This document shows positions 1 through 12,981 of a DNA stretch of 64,000 nucleotides, one piece after another. The position numbers were made by a program, and so were the translations under genes. A model generated the notes under the pieces. That model saw only the letters and a program-made list of their open reading frames with translations, searched no databases and was not told the DNA's origin. The stretch lies in assembly GCF_001194135.2 (NCBI RefSeq), contig NC_068985.1, forward strand, positions 40,225,235 to 40,289,234, given 5' to 3'. This stretch comes from Octopus bimaculoides. Taxonomy: Eukaryota. The stretch's first letter is position 1. The number at the start of each line of letters is the position of its first letter.

Positions 1-1039
1 ATATGCACACGTATATAATCATTTCAAATTCCCAGAAATGATCAAAAGACGAGGTACTATATTTTATGATTTTTTTTTCCCTAGAATATTATGCAAAAAA
101 AAAAAAATATCAGGCCATGGGTAAATAATGCCTTGCTTGGAAACAGATGAAAGTTGGTGACAGGGAGAGAGCATCAGGCCGTAGGAAATCTACCTCAATA
201 AATTCCATCTGGCCCATGCAAGCATGGAAATGTGGATGTTAAAACAATGATGATGATGAATTTCTAGAAACTACGAAATAAGAGATATGTTATGATTTAT
301 ATCCTAGAATTCTTGGAAACATTTAGAAATATGCTAAATAACCATATTTTGCTTTAAGTGTCTCCATACAGGCATTGGTCTCTCTAGGTATGTGCACAAA
401 TTTTAGAAAAAGTACATAAAACATCAATAATAGCTTTCATCATAGGGAACAATTACAAAAATTCAAGAAAAGTTATGAAAGTCCAACATGCTAAGTTTTA
501 TGTGCATCATGAAATAGTGAGGTGAAAAATGAAATGCATAAAAAATTACCCATTTCAGTTCTCAACATTTCAGATGCTTCTAGTACTAAATACAGTCCAC
601 TAATAATGGACCCAATTTCACCCAGAAGGCTTGGAGAAAAACAATACTTATTTAAAGACTCCTGCCCAAGATAACACATAGAGATAAAACATTTTCAGAT
701 GGTAAATGCTAGTTTGTAGAGTGTCAGTAAAAACTGGTGTTTCTTATATCCCCATCCACTCCATTAATAATAATGGATTGATTTTGTATTGATTTTATTT
801 AGAAATCAAACAATCAAAAATCTGTCAAATATTTAAATCAGTACACCTGGTTTGACAAAGTGCATAATAGCAATAATTTTCAATATAATTTCATAGTGGT
901 TAGTTGAAAGAAATGTAAGTGGCTGTGACAAAGTTGTAATAGTGCTTAAAACTGCAGTTCATAAATTTTTTTACAACAGCCAGTCCTTTCTTGTTAGGTG
1001 AGTCTCAAAACACCATATTCTATCTCTGCAGATAGACCG

Positions 1040-1980
1040 TGATTACAATTTCCAATTCACTTTTTACTATTTAACCATCTGAAATGGTCAACACATGCTA
1101 GATTTCATCACTGAAAACAACCATCTAAGCCTAAATACCAAATTTCAAAAAGAGAGATCTAGACTATGGACACATACCTATTCCAGTGGTGTCACAACCC
1201 AACTGGATTATGTCTTCATAAACACAGAGTGGAAAAAAAGTGCTCTAGATTGCTAAGTATATAATTCCATTGGCTGAGTTAGTTCTGGCCATCTAGTACT
1301 ATCTACCAGAATTCAACCAAGCTTATGTACCATAAAGAAGAAACCTAAAAATTTCTTCCATATGACTGGTCAGTACTTAACAACAGTACATCATCTTGAT
1401 CAAACACAAGCAGAAACTTAAATCAACTCCTCAAATGCAATATACTGTAATTTTATTATCTCTCAACAACAAACTACTGAAGAATGTTTTCCTATCAAGA
1501 CAAAAATCGAATGTTAACTCTCATAGGAGTCTTAAGCAATAAATGAGATGTGCAATCAATTGAAGGATGAACTCCTTATTTAAAATCAATTAAGCCTTCC
1601 AATCTAACAACAGAAATATGTTGAAAGAAAAATGCTAGCAAGCAGCTGTAAACAAACAATACTCCACAGCATTGCAAATTGCTAATGAAATCAGTGGCAG
1701 AAAAAGTATGAATAAATTGAAACTAAAAGCCATAATTCTGCAGGAACAACTAAACAAGTAGAAAGAACACTTTCAAAACTTTCTCAGTAATTCAGGAGCA
1801 ATTTCAGATAAAAACACAGAAGCTAATATTAAACACAATCTTGACATCAAACTTTGTGATTTCACATGAGATGAACTTAGTGGTATCCTGAAAAGAACCA
1901 ACAGAGAAGAAAAAAAACAAAACAAGAAGTTTGAGTAATACAACATTTCAGTAATATCTGCATTCAATTTTGTAATGCAG
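1040..1980 (+). mobile_element. Decayed RTE-clade LINE ORF2 fragment (APE endonuclease C-terminus plus linker)
   Basis: Manual translation NGQHMLDFITENNHLSLNTKFQKERSRLWTHTYSSGVTTQLDYVFINTEWKKSALDC*VYNS..SSGHLV, then YDWSVL, ANEISGRKS and LDIKLCDFT*DEL. Multiple stops and frameshifts. Confidence 0.8.
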
Positions 1981-1984
1981 TGAT

Positions 1985-2235
1985 CATCATTCAATGACCA
2001 TTTTCTATGCTGGCATAGGCTGGATGGTTTGACAGGATTCAGTGAGCTGTGTCAGCTTTGACATGTTTTCTACAGCTGACCGCCCTTCCTAAAGCCAATC
2101 AACTTACAGTGTATATAGGGTGTCACAAGTGAAGTTACCAAGTAAGTTGCAAGACAGAAAAGAACAGAAAAGGGAAAACTGTATTGGTGGGTTTATTAAA
2201 GGGAAGGTGGCTTTATGCCAGGTGAAGAGAGGCTA
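1985..2235 (-). mobile_element. SINE-like repeat family C (tail ...gttaaacgatgatgatg) nested in the LINE; other copies at ~100-260(+), 21580-22095(-), 32945-33420(-), 33598-33770(-)
   Basis: Shared catcatc(g/a)tttaa..tcc..tttccatgctggcatgggttgga motif and downstream ttttctacagct..atgccctt seen in several copies. Confidence 0.7.
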
Positions 2236-2364
2236 AAGTATTGTGAGAGAAGAAGCACAGAGGAGATGTTTGGCTACCACACATTATATAAAAATGAGTA
2301 GTAATAATTGGGAAGAGGATGAAGATGAATATGGTAGTGATGGGGTACCAGAGAAAACTCAAGG

Positions 2365-2495
2365 TACAACTACATCATCAAACTCCCAATTAAGAAGAGC
2401 TGAATGTAGTATTCTCCCATTCCCCAAAGAAGGTAATTCAGATGTGTCTAAAAGTAGAGATTACTCTTACACTGATAGCAGCAAGCATCTGTAAC
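2365..2495 (+). mobile_element. Continuation of the same RTE LINE (RT domain start), separated by an inserted repeat
   Basis: CSILPFPKEG matches the RT motif CILPFPKKGD and is collinear with the 1040-1980 fragment. Confidence 0.6.
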
Positions 2496-2968
2496 AAATT
2501 GTTGTGGAACCAAACATTAATAAAGGTTACTGGCTGGAAAAATAATTCATACAATTATGTAAATTAGCACAGTTTTTTGGGAAAAAAATTTCCTAGGAAA
2601 CAACAACAAAAAAAAAACTGCGAGGGTAAAATCTTATTTTAGGGTCTATATTTGCTTGCTCGCTTACTTATTTATTTATTTACTTTTTGCATAAGCCCAA
2701 TTTGCATACACATGCACACACATGATAAGCTTTTGTCTAGCACATCCACTTACATAGCATTTGGTATTTGTTGACCTGAGACAATAACCAAAGATATTTG
2801 CACAGGGGATCACACAGTAAGATAGGACTTGAAGTCAAGTAGCTATGAAGCCAGTTCCATATTCACACAGCCTCCCATACCTGCTCTCTCTCTCTCTACA
2901 CACACACACGAATATACAAACAAGAAATAAAAATACTCAGTACAAACGAGTGTATATGTATGTGTATG

Positions 2969-3001
<33 letters not shown>

Positions 3002-4502
3002 CAGTAGTCACAGCAAATGATTTTCATTTGTCAGTGATATAAATATGAGTGCTTTTATGTACCAAGATTCCGTATGAGAGGTCTTCTCAAGGTAAATAAC
3101 ACAGTATTCTATGTTTTAACACAACATCCATGTTAAGCTGGATATAAAGATTGCCTTTTGGTATTAATACAGCTTCTGTCACTATTAATTACACACATAC
3201 ACACACACACTCACATAAATATACTCATTTATATTGAGTATTTATACATATTATAACTAATGGTGTTTGCACGCATGCGCATGTTCACAAAAATTGGTAG
3301 CCTAGCATTGATGTATGTCACCATGAAATACCATGAATTCAGAACAACAAAAGAGATAGATGTTGTTATTGCTCTTTAGTCCCAGTTTGATCTGAGTCAA
3401 ACAAACTTATGATCAAGAGCATTCTAGTCAAGACCATCCAATTCTTTTTCATATATAGTATGTCTTGAACCATATTATCTTATGCATACTTCCATTTTTA
3501 AGATGGTAGAGTGAGAGTACAGGGAGATATGGCTTCTAGTTGAAGCAGGTCAACAGACCAAATGAAGACACTCTTATAGGCTGTATGGTGACTGGGGTGA
3601 CACGAGATGAAATAAAGGTCAAGGATTTCAATGGGACCTATTTTCAGGCAAATATATTTGTGCATATGCACTTATGCGAGTGAGCACATGTGTGTGTGCA
3701 CATGTGTGCATATATGTGTGTGCATCCATGTGTGCCTGTGCATGCAAGTGTTTTATTATTACATATGTTTCTGTGAGTAATGAACAAAACAGTATATTAT
3801 AATTGCCGTTATCAATCTTTTAGACAAGATATATAACTACTTAGCTATTGTATAGAAATATAAGTTGAAGAACATGGAGTTATCTGTAGCTTTTATGAAA
3901 TACACCATATATATATATTAATTTTGGATTGATCCTGTATCAATTTTGCTAGTTATATTTTTAATTATTTAATCATTCAACATCCACCCACCAATAGGAA
4001 TTCATCATGTAGAATTTTAACTGAACCTTACCACAAAGAATGAACCCTGAAGAAGGAAATATTTTTTGATGGAGTTGAATACAGACTGTTCTTACAACCC
4101 CTTAATATTTTCTGAAACAGCTGTAGGTTTTAACTGACTGTTACTTTTCATGGTTTTTAACTGACTTTTACCTTCATGATATCTCGTATTACTGAACTCT
4201 ATTTATTCTCCCTCGAATACATGTATCTAAACAAGCATACATGGTTTTCATGTTATTATATATTAGTTTATTTACATTTTATATCTTATTATTTTTATTA
4301 TATATATATATTTTTATTATGTTTTATTACTTTTTATTATTTGAATTTTTAATATAAACATATATCCCACCCAAGTCTTATAAATCACTGTAAGCACAAT
4401 TTCATTTTCGGATGTAAAGTACTGACAACTGAAATTTTTATCTTCTACAAAAAAACAGCTGTACTATAAACGGAGTATTGTCTCCATTAAAAACTCTCTT
4501 AT

Positions 4503-4534
<32 letters not shown>

Positions 4535-4549
4535 TGTATGTATGTATGA

Positions 4550-4582
<33 letters not shown>
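4503..4582. repeat. (TATG)n(TG)n microsatellite; representative of many (CA)n, (TA)n, (GA)n, (AAT)n tracts (e.g. 5940-5980, 23706-23760, 28400-28443, 29865-29977, 43080-43160, 60858-61320)
   Basis: Directly visible. Most long ORF-track entries derive from these tracts and the N-gaps. Confidence 0.98.
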
Positions 4583-5083
4583 NNNNNNNNNNNNNNNNNN
4601 NNNNNNNNNNNNNNNNNNNNNNNNNNNNNNNNNNNNNNNNNNNNNNNNNNNNNNNNNNNNNNNNNNNNNNNNNNNNNNNNNNNNNNNNNNNNNNNNNNNN
4701 NNNNNNNNNNNNNNNNNNNNNNNNNNNNNNNNNNNNNNNNNNNNNNNNNNNNNNNNNNNNNNNNNNNNNNNNNNNNNNNNNNNNNNNNNNNNNNNNNNNN
4801 NNNNNNNNNNNNNNNNNNNNNNNNNNNNNNNNNNNNNNNNNNNNNNNNNNNNNNNNNNNNNNNNNNNNNNNNNNNNNNNNNNNNNNNNNNNNNNNNNNNN
4901 NNNNNNNNNNNNNNNNNNNNNNNNNNNNNNNNNNNNNNNNNTATTTAAAACCTTCACTTGACATTTCTAAATATCTACTACACTTGCTGTTCATTTTTCT
5001 TGAAAAGGCAAAGTTTACAAAAGCCTATCATAGTGCTAAAAGGTAAAAATGACTAGTGCTCGTGAAATATTGAATAGAAATAC

Positions 5084-5122
5084 CTTATTTCTTTGTCTGC
5101 TTGGATAAGACAATGGTCTGAT
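5084..5122 (-). CDS. Candidate downstream CAP/SORBS exon, IRPLSYPSRQRNK (phase 0-0)
   Basis: tatttgcatgtttccag|ATC...AAG|gtattt. 39 nt, open in the phase left by exon 12982-13096. No homology support. Confidence 0.33.
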
Positions 5123-5147
5123 CTGGAAACATGCAAATAGCCAGTGA

Positions 5148-5186
<39 letters not shown>

Positions 5187-5187
<1 letters not shown>

Positions 5188-5255
5188 TTTCACAAGGAAA
5201 AGGTTGACAAGGACTTCAAAGTTTCAACTTACTTGCCAACTTTTCCTTGTGAAAA
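5187..5255. repeat. Small hairpin/MITE with ~25-bp arms next to (TA)n
   Basis: ttttcacaaggaaaaggttgacaag versus cttgccaacttttccttgtgaaaa (near-perfect reverse complements). Confidence 0.8.
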
Positions 5256-5937
5256 CATATACTCTACTAAAAAGTACTGAGTGACTTTTCAGTTTAATGT
5301 CAAAATTATATAAACATATCTTCACAAAAAACAAACATTAATACGTACATATACACATATATATACTATAGGAAACACTAATTTTATAATAATGATGATG
5401 GTTATGATGATTTATTTTATATGCCTCAAGGACATCTGATGAAGAGGACATTACAATGATAGTTTCCAATTTGTGTGGTGTTTTACATAAAAAATGTTGA
5501 GGAGAAGAAGGCTGAGATAAAAAGTATACATAGTATACAAAATATGTGAACACATGGATGATACAGTCATCCTAATACAGGAGATCTTTAACTGGAGCCG
5601 ATCAAAGAACCCCATAGAACCAGGATCACCCTGACCACAAAGAGCACAAGCCCTTGTACAACTGTTGTTCTCCAATCTACAGATGCATGCTTGGAGAAAT
5701 TCTATTCACCCTGACCATTTTTGAACAGATGCCTATCTCTTAGCAAATTTCCACTCTCATTTTCCTTGAAAGAAAGTTGACAAGAGTTTGACTGAAGATA
5801 AAGTTGTCTGTTCACAATCCGTCACATAACCTTTTTCACATAACCTTTTTCTCCATAGCCACTAGACGGAGGAACACTGCATGACTTGCCTTGCTAAAAC
5901 TGGGCAGTAGGGTGATTCTCACAATGCACTTGTAATT

Positions 5938-5978
<41 letters not shown>

Positions 5979-5984
5979 TATCTT

Positions 5985-6920
5985 TAATATAGGCACAAGG
6001 CCTGAAATTTGTAGGGAGAGGGTTAGTTGATTATATCAAATCCTAACTCAACTGCTATTTATTTTATTGACCCTGAAAGGATAAAAGGCAAAGTCAACGT
6101 CAGCAAAATTTGAATTCAGAATGTAAAGATGGGTGAAATGCTGCTAAGCATTTTCTCTGGCATGCTAACAATTCTGTCAGCTCACCACCATAATAATAAT
6201 AATAATAATAATAATAATATAACAATGATGATGACGATGATGATTCCTAGCATAGGCTTGTTGCCATATGTTTTGGTGGTAGTTGATTGAATGGACCCTA
6301 ATACTTAGCTGGCACTTACTTTATTGACACTTTTAAGTATGAAATCCAGTCAGCTTTAATAGTATTTGAACTCAGGGCATAAAGGGAACTAACTATTGTG
6401 AGGTATTTTACCCAGCATACTGATTTTATCACCAATCCCTAAAAATAATAACAAAACAATCATTTCTAATATTGGCAAAAGGCCTTAAATTTGTGAGGAG
6501 TGGGAGTTAGTTGATTAAATTGACCTCAGTACTTAACTAGTACTTTATTTTATTGACATTGAAAGTACAAATGATAAAGTCGACTTCAGCCAGGTATGAA
6601 CTCAGAATGTAAAGAGTTAGAACAAATATTTATAATATACTAATTATGATAACACTAATGATTCCTAATTTAGGTGCAAGGCCATCAATTTTGAGGAGAA
6701 GCTGTTGGTTGATACTATCAACCTCACTACTTGACTGGTACTTTATTTTATCAACACTAAAGGATGAAAGGCAAACTTGGGCCTTGCAGGATTTGAACTC
6801 AGAAGAACATTCTGAGTTCAAATCTTGCCAAGACCAACTTTGTCTTTCATGCTTTGGGTCAGAAGAAATGCCACAAGGCATTTTGTCTGACACTAATGTT
6901 TCTACCAACCCACTACTCTT
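5985..6920 (-). mobile_element. Array of ~4 tRNA-derived SINE family A copies separated by (AAT)n
   Basis: Reverse complement of the repeated core ttctgagttcaaattc..gactttgcctttcatcctt..gataaa.taagtaccag. B-box GTTCAAATTCC. Confidence 0.85.
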
Positions 6921-7009
6921 GATGTAATAACACCACATTATTATTGTTCATAAACACTCAACAGATTAGACTGTTAGAAGAGAAAAGAATCCTAACATCG
7001 GGCTACAAC

Positions 7010-7480
7010 AAGTAACCTTGGATGCCAAGAATCCTCCTAAGTATCTTAGCTGTCCCTAATAACAGTTTTCTGCAGCTGTACTAATCTGGGTTTTATGCCT
7101 ATTTCCTCTATCCATCTGTTCAGACCTTTAGGGGTAGTTCCCAATGCACCTACAACTACTAGGATACATTTTACCCACACTTTCCATAGTCTCTGTAATT
7201 CAATAGTTAGGTCCTGGTACTTTGCTATTTTTTCATCATTTGGGACTGTAAAGTCAATTATCTGGCACTTTCTATTCTCTTTATCCACTACTACAAAAAC
7301 AAGCCTTCTAGCTTCTGTTACTCTATCAGTCTGAATGTTAAAGTCCCACAGCATCTTGTATTTCTTACTTTCTAGTACTTTACTAGATTCATGTTCATAC
7401 CATTTATCAGTATGTTCAAATCCTAGTTTTCTACATAGCTCCCCGTGGATTGCTCTCCCTAGATTGTCAATTCTTCTTCT
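7010..7480 (-). mobile_element. 3' fragment of an RLE-type non-LTR retrotransposon (R4/Dong-like)
   Basis: IHGELCRKLGFEHTDKWYEHESSKVLESKKYKMLWDFNIQTDRVTEARRLVFVVVDKENRKCQIIDFTVP...KYQDLTIELQRLW...VVGALG...LLGTAKILRR. This is the PD-(D/E)xK restriction-like endonuclease region, with the PD motif decayed. Confidence 0.85.
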
Positions 7481-7509
7481 TATTATTATTATTTTTATTA
7501 TTATTACTA

Positions 7510-8215
7510 AGGTGGAAAACTGGCAGAATCATTAGCATGCTGGGAAAAATGCTTAGCAGCATTTCATCCATCACTACGTCCTGAGTTCAAATTCCACTGA
7601 GGTTGACTTTGCCTTTCATTCTTTTGGGGGTCAGTAAATTAGGTACCAGTGAGATACTGGGGTTGATGTAATCAAATTTCCCCACCAAATTTCAGGCCTT
7701 GTGCCTTCAGTTGAAAGGATTATTATTATTGTTGTTGTTGTTGTAGTTGCTGTTGTTAAGGCAATGAGCTGACAGATTCATCAGCACACCAAATATAATG
7801 CTTAGTGGCATTCTGTCTATCTTTATGTTCTGAGTTTATATTCCACCCAGGTTGACTTTGCCTTTCATCCTATCGAGGGTTGATAAATTAAGTACCAGTT
7901 GACAACTGAGAAAACTGTAATCGGCTCACCCCGTTCTCCAAAATTTCAGACCTTGGGCCTATAGTAGAAAGGATTATTACTATTATTATTGTTATTAACA
8001 AGGTGGAAAACTGATAGAATCATTAGCATGCCAGACAAAATGCTTAGTGAATTTTTGTCTGTCTTTACATTCTGAGTTCAAATTCTGCCAAGGTCAGTTT
8101 TGCCTTTCATCCTTTTAGGTTATAAATTAAGTACCAGTCAAGTACTGGGGTTGATGTAATTGACTTCCCCTCCCCTCAAAAACTACTGGCTTGTGTCAAA
8201 ATTTGAAACCATTAC
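7510..8215 (+). mobile_element. Head-to-tail array of 3 SINE family A copies
   Basis: Each starts ggc/gtgg..ctggcagaatcattagc (A-box-like), has the B-box and core, and ends gaaaggattattatt. Confidence 0.88.
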
Positions 8216-8384
8216 TATTATCATTATTATTAATAGCAACAGCAGCAGTAACACTAGCAGTGATTGAAGATTTGATTTAAAGAAATACTTGCATAAAATT
8301 TTTGCATTGAATAAAAATTTGAACTTCTTGAGTTTGAAGCTGGAATGTGTATAATTTTTCAGAGAACCTAATTGTTTGACAAGG

Positions 8385-8854
8385 NNNNNNNNNNNNNNNN
8401 NNNNNNNNNNNNNNNNNNNNNNNNNNNNNNNNNNNNNNNNNNNNNNNNNNNNNNNNNNNNNNNNNNNNNNNNNNNNNNNNNNNNNNNNNNNNNNNNNNNN
8501 NNNNNNNNNNNNNNNNNNNNNNNNNNNNNNNNNNNNNNNNNNNNNNNNNNNNNNNNNNNNNNNNNNNNNNNNNNNNNNNNNNNNNNNNNNNNNNNNNNNN
8601 NNNNNNNNNNNNNNNNNNNNNNNNNNNNNNNNNNNNNNNNNNNNNNNNNNNNNNNNNNNNNNNNNNNNNNNNNNNNNNNNNNNNNNNNNNNNNNNNNNNN
8701 NNNNNNNNNNNNNNNNNNNNNNNNNNNNNNNNNNNNNNNNNNNNNNNNNNNNNNNNNNNNNNNNNNNNNNNNNNNNNNNNNNNNNNNNNNNNNNNNNNNN
8801 NNNNNNNNNNNNNNNNNNNNNNNNNNNNNNNNNNNNNNNNNNNNNNNNNNNNNN
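8385..8854. other. Assembly gap (others: 4583-4941, 11829-11920, 32849-32903, 36794-37191, 60915-61244)
   Basis: Runs of N. Confidence 0.99.
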
Positions 8855-10539
8855 CGTAAAGAAAGATGGAATAAAATTGTATATTCTATAATTTTTTAAA
8901 CTGTATCTTTGTTTAGTGGTAAATAAGGAGCTAATGATCTAATAAAGATCTTAATTAAATTAATAATTAGAAATATCATATGGTGATTTTTTTCTTTTCT
9001 TTTGTTAGGTTCCTTAACTTTTTATTTTACTGAAAATTCCTTCAAAATTGAATATTTACTATTGTTGTCTGTTTCAGGATCTCTTCAAAAAGGACACATT
9101 AAAGCAATCTTTTGTTATTTATTCCTAAGTTGTGTGACATTCCTAGATAATTCGACATCCTCTCTAAGGTGAAATGAAACTATATAAAATAACATCTCCT
9201 AATCAGAAATACTATAGAATGCCTGCACCAGATTTGAACTACTAACCTACTAGCAGAAAGTCAATACCTTTGCTATTAGACATCTCCAGGAACAAGGGAA
9301 AATTTAAGCCAACACTGCCAACTAATAAAATATATCATTCTAATGTTATTTTACCAAAGTAGGTCTTGATTAACTAGATCTATGATTAAATGCATCCCAG
9401 CCATGACCACCCAGGCATTGGGTGGTCCAATACAATGCTCTGCAATGTAGTCTGAAATATTAGCTTGTTTAACATGATAAGGGAAATTTGGCTGCTATTT
9501 CTAACAGATCAGACTGCAGTCTACATTAGTAAAATGCATTCCTCTATGGTACCATTTCTATCCAAGCGGACTGGACACTTGGGAGTTCAGTACTTTTACT
9601 AGTAATAGTATTGTGTCTATAATATGTGAACAGTAGTGTTATCACCTGGTAGAGCCACATCATATCAATTTTGTCAGTAAAACTACAATTGAAAATATGG
9701 AAGTTGACTAAGAAAAATCAATGATTATGTACACAAAAATATAACTTACATTATGCTTTCAAATATGGATTAGACCCAAGAGTTAAATATATAATGATAG
9801 TGAATTTTAAAAATTATATGTTAGCTATGCAAAAGAGAAAAAAACTGAAAATATATTATAAATTAATATACTGAAAAGTGTTAAACACTGAAAAGAAATA
9901 AGAAACAGAAAACAGTCATTCATTTTGCCTTAAAAATATCAATAAAAAAAGGAAAATGGAAAATAAAATTACAGATTATCTGAAACTGCTTTATTTTTTA
10001 AATGACAATTCACTTCAGGAGCAGAACAAAGCTAATATTTTTTAATAGTGATTGAATTTTAACTATTCATATTTTAATCTTAATGAAAAAATGTGAATAG
10101 AAAAGTAGCTACAATTGAGATGAAAGATACTAATCTAAAAGGAAACAAAAACAAAAACTTTTTACTTCTCTAGAAAAGCTTCAGAAAACACACATGCACA
10201 ACACACACACATACACAGATGATCTTTTAAAATTGTCTTAATAAAACGATGAAAATTTGCTAGCCAAATAAAACAAGTTACCTGTAGCTGCCAGTCTGTG
10301 TAGGTAGCAAGCACAATTTTATACGTAATAGTCAACTAACAGGCTCAAAGTAAAACATTCAATAGCAACAGTTGTTATGTAGACTCATAAAAATCAATAC
10401 ATATTTATATATATATAAATATATGTATATTTTTTCTTTGTTACGTAGAATATCGGTCATATCCTATATTCAGTAGTTTATGAAAACAAATGTATAAAAA
10501 ACTAACCCCCACCAATCCATTTCAATAGTGTGTGTATGC

Positions 10540-11050
10540 ATGCTCACCCCTTTTCATCTGCAGTCATGCATCTTGAACCTTTACTGAACAACATATCCAC
10601 TGAGACCAAGCAATCTTCCTCTCTTCCCTTTCTCAATACATACAGCTTTGTTAGTAATCAACTCACCTAGTCATCCAGCTACACTTTCAATGTGTATAAA
10701 AATCATTCTACCTCAATGTTGGTCCCTACTGCCTTCAGTCTCTCACCTGACAAATTTTCCAAACCTTTTAACCATTTAATACTGTTAAATCTATAGAATT
10801 AGATAATAATCTTAGCTATGACCTAAAACAGTGCAAACTATACAATGATCTAATGTCTTAACCAAATTGATCAACATCTACCTCATTGTAAGTATTATAA
10901 ATCATGAATTCTTATAACAATGAGCCATAACTGGGAAGCATAAATCAAGTTTTCAAAGTTATTGTCCTACCAAGTTCCCCTGTAACATTTTTAAGATGAA
11001 TCATATCCAACTACACATTAAATCTCTTTCCCTCTCTCATTCACTATGAC
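10540..11050 (-). mobile_element. Highly decayed RTE LINE RT C-terminal remnant
   Basis: Weak translated similarity (NIEVE*FLY; KGKRGRL) to the RTE RT tail. Confidence 0.35.
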
Positions 11051-11924
11051 TCTGTCTTTATGTATTTATCCCTTTAGTTTTCATGGTTCTATAGTTGAAT
11101 TTTTTCCCTATTAAACCCACAAAATATCTCTCTAGTCCTAGATACTCTTATAAAACAAAAGCTGCTGCATTTGGCAGCAAAGTCATTTCATAAAAGAAAC
11201 AGAAGTTTCACTCCTGTAAGATTTATATTGTATTGCTTATGATATTTGGGAAATATCATTTCTCCTGCATTTACATTATATGTTTAAAAAAAATGAATTT
11301 TTTTTTTAAACAAATCCTAAAAATATGCAAATGGGACATGTTGAAATATGGTTTGCAAAATATTGCATTAACAATTTTTTTTTTTTTTATGGTTTTGGTT
11401 CAGAGTAAAGGAATGAGCCCACCGCTTTCACAGGTTCTCCATACATGTGAGAAAAATATACATGATAAACAGTGGGAAGTTATAACTAAACTATATAATA
11501 CTTCACTCACTAACATACAACCATTAGCACACAGATACACTGTATCTTCCATTTGTTTCCTCTACTACCATTGCTGGAACATTTTATTTTCTAAACTAGC
11601 AAGCCATGTAACACTTTATCTAACTTTTCTCATTTCATCATCCCTAACTGTCTCATCTGCATCAAATGTTTCACTTAAGCATACATTTTAGAACCACTTT
11701 TAGTTCAAAATTTCAAATTGATAAAACTAAGGTGATCTCATAAAACAAAATTAAGGAGAAAATAAATATCATAGCCACAGCCTCAAGAATGAAACATATA
11801 AAAGAATATATATATATATATATATATANNNNNNNNNNNNNNNNNNNNNNNNNNNNNNNNNNNNNNNNNNNNNNNNNNNNNNNNNNNNNNNNNNNNNNNN
11901 NNNNNNNNNNNNNNNNNNNNTATA

Positions 11925-12270
11925 TACATATCTTTTATTTGATTGCAGTCATGTTGGAGCATCGCCTCAAAGGATTTTAGTTGAACAAATCAACTCCAAG
12001 ACTTAGTTTTTTAACTCTAGTATTTATTCTATCAGTCTCTATAGAGATGTAAACACACCAGCACCAAGTGGTGGTGGAGGACAAACATGGACACAAAGAC
12101 ACACACACATATGATGGTTTTCTTTCAGTTTCTGTCTACTAAATCTACTCACGAAGCTTTGGTTGGCCCAAGGCTAAAGTAGAAGACACTTGCCCAAGGT
12201 GGCATGCAGTGGGACTGAACCCAGAGCCACGTGGTTGGGAAGCAAGCTTCCTACCACACAGTGATGCTGC
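11925..12270 (-). mobile_element. tRNA-derived SINE family B; further copies at 20475-20890, 37330-37485, 37815-38175, partials at ~14480-14625, 28200-28340, 39700-39870, 42190-42360 (all -)
   Basis: Minus-strand head with A-box-like tgtgtggtaagaagcttgcttcccaaccac and B-box ggttcagtcc. Shared agtagaagacacttgcccaagg and internal CA repeat. Confidence 0.85.
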
Positions 12271-12981
12271 TCATATATATATATATATATAAACAATTAG
12301 GCTGATAATGAAAAACAAGTTAAAAGACAGTAACTCTTCATGAATATGAACAAATGTTTGCCATATGTTAACTGTTTTTTATTTTTCAATTTAATACTAA
12401 ATTTTGATCTTTAAAAAAGACTAATTTTTTAACCACCAACCCTTTCCCTGCTTACAGATTTCATAAAAATATATTTTGTTCATTTTTATTGTTTTACATT
12501 CATTGTTTGAAGCTTTCATAAGTGGAATATATTTTCAATTTTTTTAATCAATGTTTTTTTTAATTTCACCAACCACAAAATTATGAAGGAACGGATTCGT
12601 TTGTGACTTTGTCAAACAAGAGTTAATGGGATTAAGTAAACTGCTTAGTGATGGTGGTGGTGGTAGTGGTAGAGACAACATAATAACTGAGTTTGTATGG
12701 TTTGAACTGAAGATCATGAGGGCAGTTACCTACAAATTAGTCCCTTAACATTATACTATCTCACATATCAGCTTGAAATTTCAACTTATCCCCACCTCAA
12801 AACCAAAATGAAAAATAAAAGAAAAAATAATATAAACTGAAAAAGAAAAATGAAATATTTCAATTAAAATTTCAAATTAGTAAAACAAGTCCATGCAAAA
12901 AATAATAAATAATTAAAAGACCCTACAAGTATTAAGTGATATATATATATATATATAAAATGTCACTATAGATCTACTTAC

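Noticed and set aside
4032-4111. 80-nt exon-like segment (KILRGCK...), and similar ones at ~550-628 and ~5430-5510
   Set aside because: Splice signals only, no CAP-like motif, and weak tract or non-canonical donor; such pseudoexons are expected in AT-rich introns.
4464-5046. Long ORFs spanning N-gaps and microsatellites (also 8372-8899, 36664-37405, 60716-61375)
   Set aside because: Artefacts of N runs and dinucleotide repeats.
5550-5930. Higher-complexity block with a CxxC-like ORF (CALCGQ) and a nearby CTGATGA at ~5427
   Set aside because: No identifiable family and no GAAA partner for a hammerhead; left unannotated.
5985-8215. Regularly spaced repeats resembling a CRISPR-like array
   Set aside because: Units are ~200-bp tRNA-derived SINEs with microsatellite spacers in a eukaryotic intron; no cas genes.
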